Origin: Chrysomallon squamiferum
Taxonomy: Eukaryota > Animalia > Mollusca
Direction of reading: 5' to 3'
Assembly: GCA_012295275.1 (NCBI GenBank)
Contig: CM022669.1
Span: forward strand, 12,524,001 to 12,588,000
DNA length: 64,000 nt
Below are positions 30,414 through 43,870 of the stretch, piece by piece. Numbering within the stretch: position 1 is the first letter of the stretch; each line of letters begins with the position of its first letter. Position numbers and translations under genes: made by a program. Below the pieces are notes generated by a model. That model was not told the origin of the DNA and ran no database searches. It saw only the letters and a program-made list of their open reading frames with translations.

Positions 30414-31455
30414 TTACAAAGTGTGACTCTGGGTCACCGGCACACTGTAGATCTCAGAACGTCTCCGCACACGACCACAAAACAAAGTCCTCAGTTCTTG
30501 TCGAAATCGTTGTCCAGTACTGCAGTATAACACGAAATTGATACAGTTGTTTGTGTACATCAACATATTGACCAGAGTCCACTTCAGTTGAGATACAGCT
30601 GCATCGTGAGCGTTATCAATCTCGGTGATAAAAACATTGTTATAAATGACAGAAACACAAAAAGGAGTTGTACAAATTACGTACGTCGCACTTACGAAAA
30701 GTAACATGAATGTGATGGATGAGGTCTGATTTCGTCGAACTGATGCAGATCTGTTCTGAATGTTGTTTCCATTGGATGTGTCATTCTGCAAAATCTGTCG
30801 ATTACCAGAAACAATTTTGTATATAATTAAAATGTTGCACATGATGAGAATAAAGGATGGTAAGAAATTATAGATAGAAAAATCAATCCATGGCCAAATT
30901 CTGAGCTCAAATGCGTAGTACTCATCTGTAATTGGTACACAGTGAAGAATATATGTCTCATTTCCTTCGGTTTGTTCAAAGTCGCCGAGTCCAAAAATAT
31001 AATGTCCTGGCAAAATGGCCAATTATTAAAATTATGGACACAATTATAACAACAGTTACACGTCTCGTACATATTATTCTTACTTTATGTGGAAACCAGA
31101 CAGATAAACATCTTTCCAACGTCACCGCCACCAACAACCACGCCGACATATACGCCGTGGAATAGGTCGCCCACACGTGCAGTCTGCATGCAGTCGGACT
31201 GTATGTTCTGATGTCGTAATTAACTATTTGTTTTAACCAGATTCTTAACAAGCCAGTACAGAGAACGAGACTGTCGAAGACAGCCAGACACCTCAAATAC
31301 AGCGACATTGTCGTTTCTCGCATTGATGAAGACCATGATAAAACAATGAACGTTAAAGAGTTACCCAGCAGTCCTAATGTCAGCATCAATGGCGGAACGT
31401 ATTTCCAAATAGCAACAGCTACTCTATATTCAATAAATTCGGATAACTCATTCAT
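30414..31455 (-). pseudogene. Full-length GPCR paralog interrupted by one 1-bp insertion (young pseudogene or consensus error)
   Basis: The span is 1042 bp versus 1041 bp for the intact 346-aa paralogs. The TM4 codon ATG (I-M-A) reads ATTG at ~31021. ORFs 30976-31455 and 30414-31022 join into a complete 7TM receptor with no other lesion. Confidence 0.93.
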
Positions 31456-33029
31456 GATTCCTCAGACAGATTATTTCCAGTTTACAACAGTGTGTTACCT
31501 TTTTTTTTTTTTTTTTTTCTTTCAATTATAGTCAATATTAGGATATATTCTATTTTTAATATAAAAAATTAAATGCAGGATAGGTTAGGAATTGAAAAGG
31601 TAAAGTCAAACAGTTTTGTTTCTGTTTTTTTTTGCTGGTGGTTATGGCACAGCTGTTGTTGTTGCTGGTGTTGACGACTTCCTGTTAATGTGATCAAAAT
31701 ATATATCGAAATTAAGATCTCAGATTTATAAATTTTACCAAATGTTCTTCAATGGTTTTTAAAAGGAATAAAACCTCCCCTCAATTGTCAAACAGCTTTT
31801 CTGTGCTTTCTTCTATTTTCTACTACTGCTAAATGACGTTGTTGTTGTTGTTATTCTCTTCCTCTTTACATAAACCAAATGGTACATCACATGTATGTCC
31901 AATTTGTCATCTTAGTTTTGTATTCCAAGAAACGATTTTTGTTTTTTTTATGGTGGGTTTCTTCGCTGTGAAGAATAATGGAAAAACTCAAATATTATAC
32001 AGGTTCTTTATGCGCTATTGTGGCCTTCGTCGTCTTTTTTGTTGTTGTAGTTTTTGTTATTCTTTTATCTCTGCTTGGTCAAGCAATCCAAATGAATTTC
32101 TACAAATTACGCCCACTGTTTTATACTCTAAGATAACCAATGGGAAAACTTAAATGTCGAATAGAATCTGTTTGTATTATTTTTTGGGGTTAAATGTAAC
32201 CAGCTGGACAGCTCTCTATTGATCTAATGGGCGGAGTAATTTTTTCGGTTTATATAAAGATAAAGCATTTTCATAATTAGGGAGTTTTGGCTTTAGTTAA
32301 AACTAGAGATGAGACATTAGTTAAAGATTGTAAAGATTGGAAATCTTTCAAAATACAGGTTACAGATGCATTCCTCTTTAATACAAATAATCGAATAAAG
32401 ATGATAGGTAAAGAATTATAATGAACAAGTTAGTATACACACTGAGAAGAGCATACGAGTATTTAAATGAGATTGTATCTGATATTACGTATGTCATATA
32501 ACGCCATAGAGTGACTTCCATGACTTTAGTAAGGAGGTGAAGAATACAATAAAGAGAAAAACAAGTCATATTGATAAATAATATTTTATACACAACATCC
32601 ATATACATATGCACATACATATACATACAGGTATACACACCTAGAGATAGATAGATATACAATTTAAAAAAAAAAAAAAATTTGGATTTATTTGGATATA
32701 CCAGCAAAATAAGTCGAAGTATATTTGACTTACATTAAACTGTAATTTAATGAAAACCGGTACAGATTAATTTACAAAGAAATTGATGTTTTGTCTTACA
32801 AACTGTGTCACAGAATTGATTTTATTCGACGACACAAAAAACTGTTTACTGAACCTAATCAGAACAGAACAATAAGGCGTGAAGATCTGAGGGTTATTTT
32901 TCATATATATGTATGTGTGTGTATATGTGTGTGTGTATGTGTGTCTGTCTGTCTGTGTGTCAGTGTGTGTGTGTAGACACATACTTGTCTATTACGTTGC
33001 ATTAGCATTGGAATGAGTGACTGGCATTG

Positions 33030-33086
<57 letters not shown>

Positions 33087-33364
33087 CGCTCTCGCTCGCT
33101 CTGTGTGTGTGTGTGTCAGTGTAATAAAATATACATGAGAAGAGCAAAATATGATGACTAAGTAAATTTATAGATTGTCGATCTCTGACCAGAAATGTAC
33201 TTTGATGCGGAAACATTTCTATAAATTACTTGTTATTTACACATTCACACATAGAAGCACATACAGATATACATACAGATATAAGTAATTAACGAATATA
33301 TAAATAATATTCCGTTACGTTGCACTATGGGACACTGTAAGTATGAGAAAAACGTTTTTGCTTA

Positions 33365-34240
33365 CTACACACAATATTCTCAGTTCTTTACGAAAACATT
33401 GTTCGTTAGCACAATACAAGATAAAACTGAGAGAGTTGTTTGTATACATCATAGGCCACGTTCAGTGCATTTGGCACTTCGAGGTACACACCTGCAGGCT
33501 GACAATTAAACAATACATTTTTAAATAAGACAAAAACACAAAACAGAGTTGTTCATATTACTTTGGTTGCATTACTTGTAAGTCAGATGAACGTGAGGGA
33601 TTATGGCTGGTTTTGTCGAAATAAAATAGATGTGTTTTGAACATTTCTTCCATCCTTCGTGTTTCGTCATTGTGTAGAGCTCGTCGACTACTCCGAACTA
33701 TTGTAAATATAATCAAAATATTACACGCGATTAAAATGTGTGCAGGTGAAAAATGTAATAGTCATAGAAATCTATCCAAGATCAATTCTCTAGTTGCACA
33801 TATCACGTACGCATCGTTAAGGTGTACACAGTGATAAACATGAAAATGTTATAATTGTCTACTGCGACGAGATACACACTGGTCCCATAAAAAATATGTG
33901 CTGGCAAAACGGCGACTGTCGAAATAACTGAAACACGTTTCGTACAAATCTCTTCTACATTTCTCGAATGTCATTGATATGCAAATCCACTGTGAAGCAT
34001 GTAAATGTCCAACTGGTTGGTCGCCCAAATGTTCGTATTACGAATAGCCGATTTGTAGTACCATGTGTCACATGACAACAAATGGTAACAGTCAATTTCG
34101 CAGCAAACCAGTGCAAAGAAGAAAACTGTCAAAGACTGCCAGGAATCTCAGACAGTCCACGATGAAGTCCGCTGAATCGACGATTTCTGTACCACGATGA
34201 AAACTGAAATGTTTCCAGCAACACCAATCATAATCAATCA
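33365..34240 (-). pseudogene. Decayed GPCR pseudogene immediately downstream of gene 35271
   Basis: Minus-strand remnants IMIGVAGNISVFIVVQKSS, FLAVFDSFLLCTGLL, ICTKRVSVI, HIFYGT, SWIDFYDYY and MYTNNSLSFILYCANEQCFRKELR, with many frameshifts. Confidence 0.88.
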
Positions 34241-34694
34241 TCATACTTGTATGTTAAGACACACATTTTATATTCCTTATACTTTTGTAAATTAGTCATG
34301 CGTTTTGCAACAATGAGGTAAAACAGATTCTCCCGGTTACAGGCTATTGGTAAACCGATAGAGCTATTTGGCTTGGACACGTTTTCTGTTATAAATGCCT
34401 GTAGTATTCAGTCATTATAAAGGAGTTTGTTCACATCTTTATAAATAAAGAAATAACAGTCATCCAAAAATTAAATTTTATCTTTAGATTTGCCGTCCTT
34501 CAAACACTGCATAAGAAGCTTCAAAATAATTGATGTGGTAACAAAAAAAAAAAAGAAGAAAATTCAAAAAAAAATTTAAAAAAAAATCCCTGACACTAAC
34601 AAAAAATAAAAAAAACCTCCCCTCCAAAAAACGCAAACAGTACGGATGAATAAAATACTAAATTACGTCTTTTTTTTCTTTTTGTTTTAAAAGT

Positions 34695-35125
34695 AACAGA
34701 TGATATTCATTAATAATTAAAAATATGTGTGAAATATATTACACAATAATATTGAATTAAATGTCTGAAAGCTGATTACTGAAAGTACTTTAAGATATTT
34801 ATCAACAACACTGAATTAAATGTTACAGATGAATTATTAAAAATATTAATAAGATATTCAATAACACAAGTCAAATATTAAAAATATGTGCAAGTCTTCT
34901 AACAGTATTGAATTAAATGAAAAATAATTCATGTTAAATGGAAATTATCTTTAAGGTATTCCGTAAACGTATTGAATAAAATGACGTATAATTCATGTTA
35001 ATTATTAAAGATATGTTTAAGATATCTCATAACAATACTGAATTAAATGATATAAAGGCTAATTATTAAAACTATTTTTATGATATTCACTAACAATATT
35101 GAATTACATGGAAATAAATAATAAC
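34695..35125. repeat. Degenerate AT-rich tandem repeat, ~45-55-bp unit
   Basis: Recurring AGATATTCA..AACAATATTGAATTAAATG..AATTATTAAAA units downstream of gene 35271. Confidence 0.7.
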
Positions 35126-35270
35126 TGACCATTACGGTGTACGGTTTGATGCTTTTGTAGTATACAAAGATTTCTGAGAATGATATTATCGTCGAAAATT
35201 GTCCGCATTGTACATAATGTGTTACTGCGTGAAAATAAATCTCATTATCAGAAATTGTAATGTCTCAAAA

Positions 35271-36317
35271 TTAATTTCCATTAGCTGACTGAGAAAGCGT
35301 CATTTGCACCGTCTGTATGTTAGAATGCTGTCGTTGTTTAGAACAAAACAGTGATCGAAACTCTTGTCGAAATCGTTGTCCAGTAGCACAGTATAAGACA
35401 AAATTGATGCAGTTGTTTGTGTACATCAGAAGCTGCACCAGCGACCATCTGAGACCATGCAACGCAATCTCGCGAGGTGTGTCCACGTGAATAAGTCCGA
35501 CATTCAAACATATCACGTAAACGCAGAATGGGGTTGTACAGACGACGTAAGTGACGCTGGTTGCAAGTAACATCAAAGTGATGGACGACGACTGACTTCG
35601 ACGGGCAGATTCGGATCTGTTTTGAATGTTGTTTTCACTGGCCGCGTCATTTCGCAGAATGCGTCGATTACCCGAAACAATTCTGTATATGATTAAAATA
35701 TTACAGGCGATTAGAATTGAGAAAGGCAAAACACTGTAGACGCAAAAGTCTATCCATGACCATATCTCTGTCACAAATATCATGTATTGTTCGTTAATAA
35801 ATTCACAGTGACTGAAATATTTTGAATCAATTATCTCTTCGAAGCCGTCACCAAGACCATAAAAGAAATGAGCTGGCAAAACTGCCATTACTGTAATAAT
35901 CGTGACAATGACAACAGTTGTTGCACGTTTGGTACAAATAACTTTTATTTTATGCGGAAACCAGACTGATAAACATCGTTCCAACGTTACTGATACCAAC
36001 AGCCACGATGAAGTGTAAATTGTCCAATTGGTAGACCACGTATGTATTTTGCAAGCAGCCGGACTATAATTCCGTATGTCGTATCGTATCACTTGTATCA
36101 ACCAACTTCTGAGCAGACCAGTGCAGAGAACCAAACTATCAAAGACTGCCACGAATCTCAGATATAATGACGTTGTGGTGCTCTTCATAGACGACTTCTG
36201 CAGCACGATAAAAACTAAAATGTTTCCAACTATACCGATCATGATTAGGAACGGAGGAACATATTTATATGCTGTCACTGAAATTTTATATTCCTGATAA
36301 TCCTCATAATCACCCAT
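35271..36317 (-). CDS. Class A GPCR, FMRFamide-receptor-like/Srw-type, intact single-exon CDS (348 aa from the ATG at 36317)
   Basis: The track start at 36365 is TTG; the first ATG (MGDYEDYQEY) aligns with the paralog starts. 7TM with GNILVFIVL, VTLERC, YSVLPF, CTTPFC and NNCINFVLYCATGQRFR. Confidence 0.95.
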   Translation of the reverse strand: MGDYEDYQEYKISVTAYKYVPPFLIMIGIVGNILVFIVLQKSSMKSTTTSLYLRFVAVFDSLVLCTGLLRSWLIQVIRYDIRNYSPAACKIHTWSTNWTIYTSSWLLVSVTLERCLSVWFPHKIKVICTKRATTVVIVTIITVMAVLPAHFFYGLGDGFEEIIDSKYFSHCEFINEQYMIFVTEIWSWIDFCVYSVLPFSILIACNILIIYRIVSGNRRILRNDAASENNIQNRSESARRSQSSSITLMLLATSVTYVVCTTPFCVYVICLNVGLIHVDTPREIALHGLRWSLVQLLMYTNNCINFVLYCATGQRFRQEFRSLFCSKQRQHSNIQTVQMTLSQSANGN

Positions 36318-36674
36318 TGTGTTTCTTGTTTCAGTGTTTTGTCTCACACAAGAGCGAGAAGACAATTATAAGCTTGTAATTTTTGTGATAGAGTTCCAAA
36401 AAGATATTATTTGATTCTGAAAAGTTTTCGTTTTGTATACAGTAACTAGAAAAAACACACAGAATGTCAGCATTCAGTCCTTTTTAAAACAGTTTGTACA
36501 GATCTCGGTAATTTTCAATAATTGAGTATTTTTCAGAAAAACTCAAACTTTAGAAATTAAATTCCTGGCACCGTGATATCCATCAGTAACATTACACCAC
36601 AATGATCTGACAGGGTGTGGCTGCGCTTTTATATTTCAGGATATCAGTAGCAACGACGTATAGCATCTTGCCGG

Positions 36675-39377
36675 CGATTGGTAGATTTGGACTTTTGAAA
36701 TTTGTATTAATTAATGATTATCGAGGATACACGGTCTTCTGTAGGTGATGCTTTTTAATTATTATGTCATTTGAGACACTAGCCAATCAGGAAACGATGC
36801 AAGAGATACACCATATTTATTGCCCAAGAGTAACTAATAATCATGTGTAAAATATTGACAATAGCCGTAGTTTCAATGATCACGTATGATCAAACACGAA
36901 ACAATATAAATACATTGATTCGGAGTATAAAATTTCTTTTTTTGTTTTTCATTTCTTCTTCTTCTTTTTCTACGTTGAAGGATATTGACTGGTCACTGTT
37001 AATGATTTACGTTTAGAATAAAAATCAGTTTCTTACATGGACTAATTAATTCTATGTTTTAATTAAAACACGAAAGAATTTGGAAATAATCATAGCTTCC
37101 TTTTGAAATATATTCTGCATACTTCCAAGCTATCTTTTATTAATTTTATTTTTCTGTCCAGTCTTAATTAGTATCATCTAAAGAGTAAAGTTTTATAATA
37201 TCAAGGCACTACCATAATGTTACTGTAGTCATTATGTCTTCGCGCATAACTTGTATATATGTATGTATGTGTGTGTGTGTTTATGTGTGTATGTGTGTGT
37301 GTTTATGTATGTATGTATGCTTGTGTGTATTTATGCATATATGTACAAATAGCTGAAACAAAGTACTTAAGGGATATGTGTCTCTGTGTATCTGTGTGAG
37401 TGTGTGTGTTTTAGATTAAATAACCTTATTAAAGCAATAGAACATACTAATGTTAATATAGTCAGGAGAGACAACGCTAGGCAATGATCAGTTTGTATAT
37501 AACATTAGGTTTTGTCTCCCTTCCTTCGAGGAATAAAACGTCTGACATTTTAATATATAGTTACATACAGGAAACCAGCTATCGAAAAGCAATTTTCTGA
37601 TCTTTTAGAATAAACTGTACGAAAGAAGAACATTCTTAAATCACCTTTGTTACCATCATGTCTTTTTTTTGTGTTTTTTTAAATTTGTTTATATATATAT
37701 ATGCAAATTTATTTATTTTTAAATTTGTTCTTGATAGCCTTTTATTGTTACTGTTGTATAATTTTATTATTTTATTACATTAAACAATGCCGTATTTCCA
37801 TTTGGGATGAAAATCGTCTGTATCTCCAGCAAAATTATAAATAAAGAAACAAAAATTACCATTAATTTTATTTCATTTGCAAAGCAAAGATGCATCCAGA
37901 CAAAGAAACTAACTGACAAGCTAGAAGGAAACTGTTCTGACACTGTATGATAGTGTAATGATAAAACATAGCTATGCATGTTATGTATGAATATCTTAAT
38001 TAAACATATTAAAGTAACAAATTGAAAAAAAAGCCACTAAGTAGATAGAAAAAGAAAGTTTTGATTCGCTGTGGAAAGTCTTGTATTCCAGGAACTGCAG
38101 TTAGTTTATATCGATAGTGAGAGTAACCGTACGAAACATTTCTTTCCTTCCATCCGTTTCTTTATAAATTATCTTGCAATTTCTTTCTAAACAGCAGACA
38201 TCAGATTTCGAGTTAAAAGCAACACAAAAACCTTCTTCGTTAATTTCAGTTTCCTTACTTCATTTTGGTACTTTGGTTTGTTGGGAGTTCCGATGAAAAC
38301 AATATTAACAAGAAGAAGATCAAAATCTAAAACAAAAATTAAATTTCGTCTTATTTCTAATCTTTTTAGTTTATTACATAAAAACAGCCTAATTACCATA
38401 TCTTGTGTTTGAAACAGGAGAAAACAAGTGAATGTATTTTAATATCAATCGTTTCTATCGACAGATGTATTTCATTGTCTTACGTGTTATTACTCAGAAA
38501 TTTGTAATTTTAATAATGAGTATTATTTGTGCTTTCAATTTTGTTTCTAAAGTAAGATAAAATATACGTATTATCTGATGATATAAAACTTAAACGTGTG
38601 CAGATTCATAATACGTGAAATTAGTTAAACATGTTTAACTTGGTCCTTGTTAAAATTGTTTAAATATTTATATGTACTTAAATCCAGTATATATGTATGT
38701 ATGTGTGTATATAAGTGTGTATGTATGTATGTATGTATATGTATGGATGTATGTATGTGTATGTATATGTGTGTACGATTTTATCTAAGGTATTATATAA
38801 CTCGAATGGCTTCTTACAGAAGCGATATTAATTAATACCGTTCAAGTATTTACATAAAGGTCTGTAGTGTAAGCTTGCTATGGAGAAGTGAAAGCAAAGT
38901 TAATGAGTTCATCTCTTTTGATATAAGTCAGTAACGTTATATGACGGTTTTATTTTGATAAAAGAAAAATAAGCTCTTATCATCCATTTTTGAGCAATAG
39001 TCTGTTAAAATAAATAGTAATTTCAAGAAAAAACCCCACAACATAACAAAAGAAAACTGTATCAGTTTTCTAGTTTAAGAAATATTCATTATTCTTCCGT
39101 TGTTGTTGCTGGGGCTGTTGTTATTGTTACAAGTGCACATCCAAAATTATCCCACCATTGTTGTTGTTGTTACTGTCTAATCTCAATCTAATGTTTACAA
39201 ATTACGATACCAGTGTTTTATGGCAATAGATACATTATGAATCAACGAGAAGACTAATGGAAAAATTTCAAATATCGAATGGAGGCTGTTTTTCTAATTG
39301 GTTTGTTAAGTGTAACCAACAGGACTGCTTTGTATGGATTTAATGGGCGGAGCAATTATTATGTATCACAGGGCACC

Positions 39378-39408
<31 letters not shown>

Positions 39409-41300
39409 TTGTGTATATATACACATATATTTGTATAAATATACGGGGCGCAGCAATTATTACGTATCATAGACCATATATACAATATTTATACAAATAT
39501 ATAGAAATATATACACAGACACACACATTATATATCTGTAAGTGTGTGTGTGTTCTGAATGTTGTTTTCTCTGGACGTGTCATTCTCCAGAACCTGTCGA
39601 TTTTGTTGATGACTCAAATGTTGCATGAATTACACGATCAATTACTCTGCCCATCAGTTCAATATACAGCTTTCCATTTATTTACACTTAACCAACAAAT
39701 CATATAAAGACATTCTATTAATAATTAATAATTTTAATTATGAGTATTATTTCTGCTTTCAATTTTGTTTCTAAAATAAGATAAAATATACCTGTTATCT
39801 TATGACATAATACTTAAACGTGTGCAGATTCAAAATACGGGAAATTAATTAAAAATGTCTGAGTTCGTCCTTCACAAAAATTGTTTAAATATTTATATGT
39901 ACTTAAAACCAGTATGTAAATATGAATATATGTATGTATGTATGCATGTATGTATGGATGTATTTAAGTATGTATGTATGTATGTATGTATGCATGTATG
40001 TATGTATATATGTTTGTATGTATGTATGTAAGTATGTATGCATGTATGTATGCATATATGTATATATATATGTATGTATGTATGTATGTGTATGTGTACG
40101 TATGTATGTACGAATGCATGTACCTAAGGTTTTATATAACTCGAATGGCTTCTTACAGAAGCGATATCACTTAATACCGTTCAAGTATTTACATAAAGGT
40201 CTGTAGTGTAAGCTTGCTATGGAGAAGTGAAAGCAAAGTAAATTTGTATGTAGTTCATCTCTTTTTATACAAATCAGTAAAGTTACATGACGCTTTTATT
40301 GCGATAAAAGAAAAATAAGCCTTTATCATCCATTTATGACCGAGAATCTGTTAAAACAAATAGTAATTTCAAGAAAAGAAACCCACAACAAACAAAACAA
40401 TATCAGCTATTAAAACAACAGCAGTAATAAAAGCAAACAACAAGAAAAACAACAATAACAAAAATATCAAAACAACAACATTTTTTGCAGTAGTGGAGAA
40501 TATACTAAATATAATAAGGAAACCAACAGAATAACAAATAAAATAAAACAGTATTTTATTATCTAAATCCGACCAAAACAAACAAACAAGCAGCCACTAA
40601 CAAGAAGTATCTGGGTTTTTAGTAAACACTGCTTTAATACACTGACTTGACTACGTAACAAGATCTTCAAAAGTCAAGTCTATATCTTCTTATTTGCACA
40701 TTTCCATTCAAGAATATATCAAAGTAGATAGTTTTAATAATTAAGAAATATTTTTGTTCTTCTTCTTCTACTTATTATTATTACTTTTTTTTTCATTAAT
40801 AACATTATCGTTATAAGAAATAAAGAATAACATACAATCAGTTTTGGTTTATTTTGACAGCTTTATTCAATTTAAACATTTTCATTTGCAGTGATACATC
40901 TGTGAAAAGCTATTTAAACACACTGAAAGCCTAGACTCTTAGGAATCATAAAAAGAAAATGAAAATGATTTTTAAATCGTTTATGTTACATGCTACTTCA
41001 TAGCCATGTCCGAAGATTACGTTGTGTTCTAAATTAATTATAAGTATTTTTATTTACTTTCAGATTAAATAAGTTAGATGACTGTGTTAAAACAAATACC
41101 TCTAAAACAAGGTTACCTACGAAAATACAGTCTGTGTCACGTACAGGACTGACTTGTTATTTGCGAAACATCGTCAGAGATAGAAAAACTCGACCAGACT
41201 CTGTACACGTAGCTGAGTGCGCGGACAGCTGAAATACTCATCTAGTGACGCTGATGTCATATACCTACTTTAATATATCAGTGATTGACAGTGATGATGA
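36675..41300 (+). repeat. Segmental duplication block C; variably deleted copies at ~49700-51735, ~54335-56685 and ~61824-63990, plus an internal repeat 38510-39040 / 39730-40390
   Basis: Shared strings: CTAATGTTAATATAGTCA (37447, 49723, 54775, 62551), ACAGCAGACATCAGATTTCGAG (38190, 50601, 55202, 62894) and TAATACCGTTCAAGTATTTACATAAAGGTCTGTAGTGTAAGCTTGCTATGGAGAAG (38833, 40172, 51251, 55772). Confidence 0.92.
39552..39630 (-). pseudogene. Tiny GPCR fragment (end of TM5 / ICL3)
   Basis: GTTCTGAATGTTGTTTTCTCTGGACGTGTCATTCTCCAGAACCTGTCGA is the reverse of RQVLENDTSRENNIQN, matching ICL3 of the intact paralogs. Confidence 0.75.
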
Positions 41301-41394
41301 CTGGCCACAAATTACTCATATGTCACTCCGAGTGAAAAATTCATATTAAAATAATAATAAAACAATTTAATTAAAAAAAGTATAAGAACAGCAT

Positions 41395-41474
<80 letters not shown>

Positions 41475-41758
41475 AACTTTTATCTTGTAAATAATTCTTG
41501 ATAACCTCTATATTTAGTGTGTTCAATAAAAACTGTAATCTCGACTAAGGTAAATTGTGAATATCTTAAATGCGGCGAAGAGGTATATCTCAATAAACAC
41601 CATCTTTAAGAACAATTACAACAAGTGCCCTATCACAAAGCTAACGCACTAACTTGGTGCTTCTTCTTTGAAAAGCACATTATCCTTATTGGTAATATGG
41701 TTATAAATGCATTAATAACAATTAAAACAAACAATAGACAATTAATTGAATGTTTATA

Positions 41759-41835
41759 TTACAAAGTATGACTCTGGGTCACCGGCACATTGTAGATCTC
41801 AGAACGTCTCCGCTCACGACCACAAAACAAAGTCA
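41759..41835 (-). pseudogene. Orphan GPCR C-terminus (last ~24 codons) with its own 3' flank
   Basis: Encodes TLFCGRERRRSEIYNVPVTQSHTL*. The downstream stretch 41475-41758 matches the 3' flank of gene 22514 (23555-23890). Confidence 0.88.
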
Positions 41836-42169
41836 TATTTCTAATTATTAATATAAAAAATAACGCATAGCAGCCCGATACAGTGAAGTTTTTATCAGGT
41901 GAACAATCTTCGAATAAAATTCGACATTTAGAATGTTCTATGAAATCTGTCATCGAGACTATCAGTAAAAGGGAACCCTCGAAATGAGAAAGTTCGAAAC
42001 TGAAAGTGTTGGACAAGAAGTATACATTAACAAACACTATATCATTTCTCGTCATCGAGAGCAATTATAATCTTTTTTCTTTGAAACGTGCATCGTCAGT
42101 ATCAGTAATGTGGTTATAAATATTCTAATAATAATTAATAAAAGACAGACAATTAACTGAATGCTTATA

Positions 42170-43210
42170 TTACAAAGTGTGACTCTGGGTCACCGGCACA
42201 CTGTAGAGCTCAGAACGTCTCCGCTCACGACCACAAAACAACTTCCGCATTTCTCGTCGAAATCGTTGTCCAGTACTGCAGTATAACACGAAATTGATAC
42301 AGTTGTTTGTGTACATCAACATATTGACCAGGGACCATATTAATTCGTCTACTGCCTCGTCCCGAACAGTTTCGAAATCTTCTTGCAAATAATTGTTATA
42401 TATGACTATTACACAAATAGGAGTTGTACAAATTACGTACATCGCACTTACGACAAGTAACATGAACGTGATGGATGAGTTCTGATTTCGTCGAACTGAT
42501 GCAGATCTGTTCTGAATGCTGTTTCCTTTGGATGTGTCATTCTGCAAAATCTGTCGATTTCCAGAAACAATTTTGTATATAATTAAAATGTTGCACATGA
42601 TGAGAATAAAGGATGGTAAGAAATTATAGATCGAAAAATATATCCATGACCAAATACGGGTTTCAAATACGTGGTACTCTTCTGTAATGTAATCACAGTG
42701 AGCAATACGCGTCTTATTTCCTTCAGTTTTTTCAAATTTGCCGAGTCCAAAAATGTAATGTCCTGGCAAAACAGCCATTATTAAAATTATTGACACAATT
42801 ATAGCAATAGTTACACGCTTTGTACATATCATTCTTATTTTATGTGGAAACCACACAGACAAACATCTTTCCAACGTGACCGATACCAACATCCACGCTG
42901 ACATGAACATCGTCGAAGAGATCGCCCATGGTAGCAGCTTGCATGCAGTCAAACTGTATACTCTGATGTCGAAATGAACTAGATATTTTAACCAGAGTTT
43001 TAACAAGCCAGTACAGAGAACGAGACTGTCGAAGACAGCCAGACACCTCAAATACAGCGACATTGTTGTTTCTCGCATTGATGATGACCATGACAAAACA
43101 ATGAACGCTAAAATGTTACCCACCAGTCCTATTATTAGCAGGAATGGCGGAACGTATTTCCAAATAGCAATAGAGGCTCTATATTCAGGATAATCGGATA
43201 ATGCAGACAT
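42170..43210 (-). CDS. Class A GPCR, FMRFamide-receptor-like/Srw-type, intact single-exon CDS
   Basis: 346-aa ORF collinear with 22514-23554, with the same TM motifs. Confidence 0.96.
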   Translation of the reverse strand: MSALSDYPEYRASIAIWKYVPPFLLIIGLVGNILAFIVLSWSSSMRETTMSLYLRCLAVFDSLVLCTGLLKLWLKYLVHFDIRVYSLTACKLLPWAISSTMFMSAWMLVSVTLERCLSVWFPHKIRMICTKRVTIAIIVSIILIMAVLPGHYIFGLGKFEKTEGNKTRIAHCDYITEEYHVFETRIWSWIYFSIYNFLPSFILIMCNILIIYKIVSGNRQILQNDTSKGNSIQNRSASVRRNQNSSITFMLLVVSAMYVICTTPICVIVIYNNYLQEDFETVRDEAVDELIWSLVNMLMYTNNCINFVLYCSTGQRFRREMRKLFCGRERRRSELYSVPVTQSHTL

Positions 43211-43837
43211 GATTTGTTAGTGAAATTGTTTCCAGTTGTTGGTGCCTATATGCAGTTTCCTCTTTCCACTTTAAGGAATTAAATCCAATGTTAGTTAGAA
43301 ACGAACAATATCTGGAAATGTAAACTCATACAGTTCTATTTCGTTGGAGGTTATTGTTGTTATTGTTCTTCTTAATGTCAACCAAACGTATATGGAAATT
43401 ACTGTGTCAGTTTTCTAGTTTAAGAAATATTGTTTAGTAGTCCGTTGTTATTGCTGGGGCTGCTGTGATTGTTAGAAATGCATATCCAAACTAATGTCTA
43501 TAAAATACGACACCTCTGTTTTATGGCAATAGATACATTATGAATCGACGAGAAGACTAATGGAAAAATTTCAAATGTCGAATAGAAATTGTTTTTCTAA
43601 TTGGTTTGTTAAGTGTAACCAACAGGACTTCTCTGTATGGATTTAATGGGCGGAGTAATTATTACGTATCATAGGCCACCTGTATATATACATATAATAA
43701 TAATAATAATAATAGTAATACATAATAATTACTCCGCCCGTATATTTATACAAATATATAGAAATATATACACAGACACACCTTATATATTTATCTTTCT
43801 ATATATATATATATATACACACACACATACACGCATG

Positions 43838-43870
<33 letters not shown>

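Noticed and set aside
41759-42064. 101-aa ORF as a separate gene
   Set aside because: Most of it is 3' flank sequence running by chance in frame into an orphan 24-codon receptor tail.
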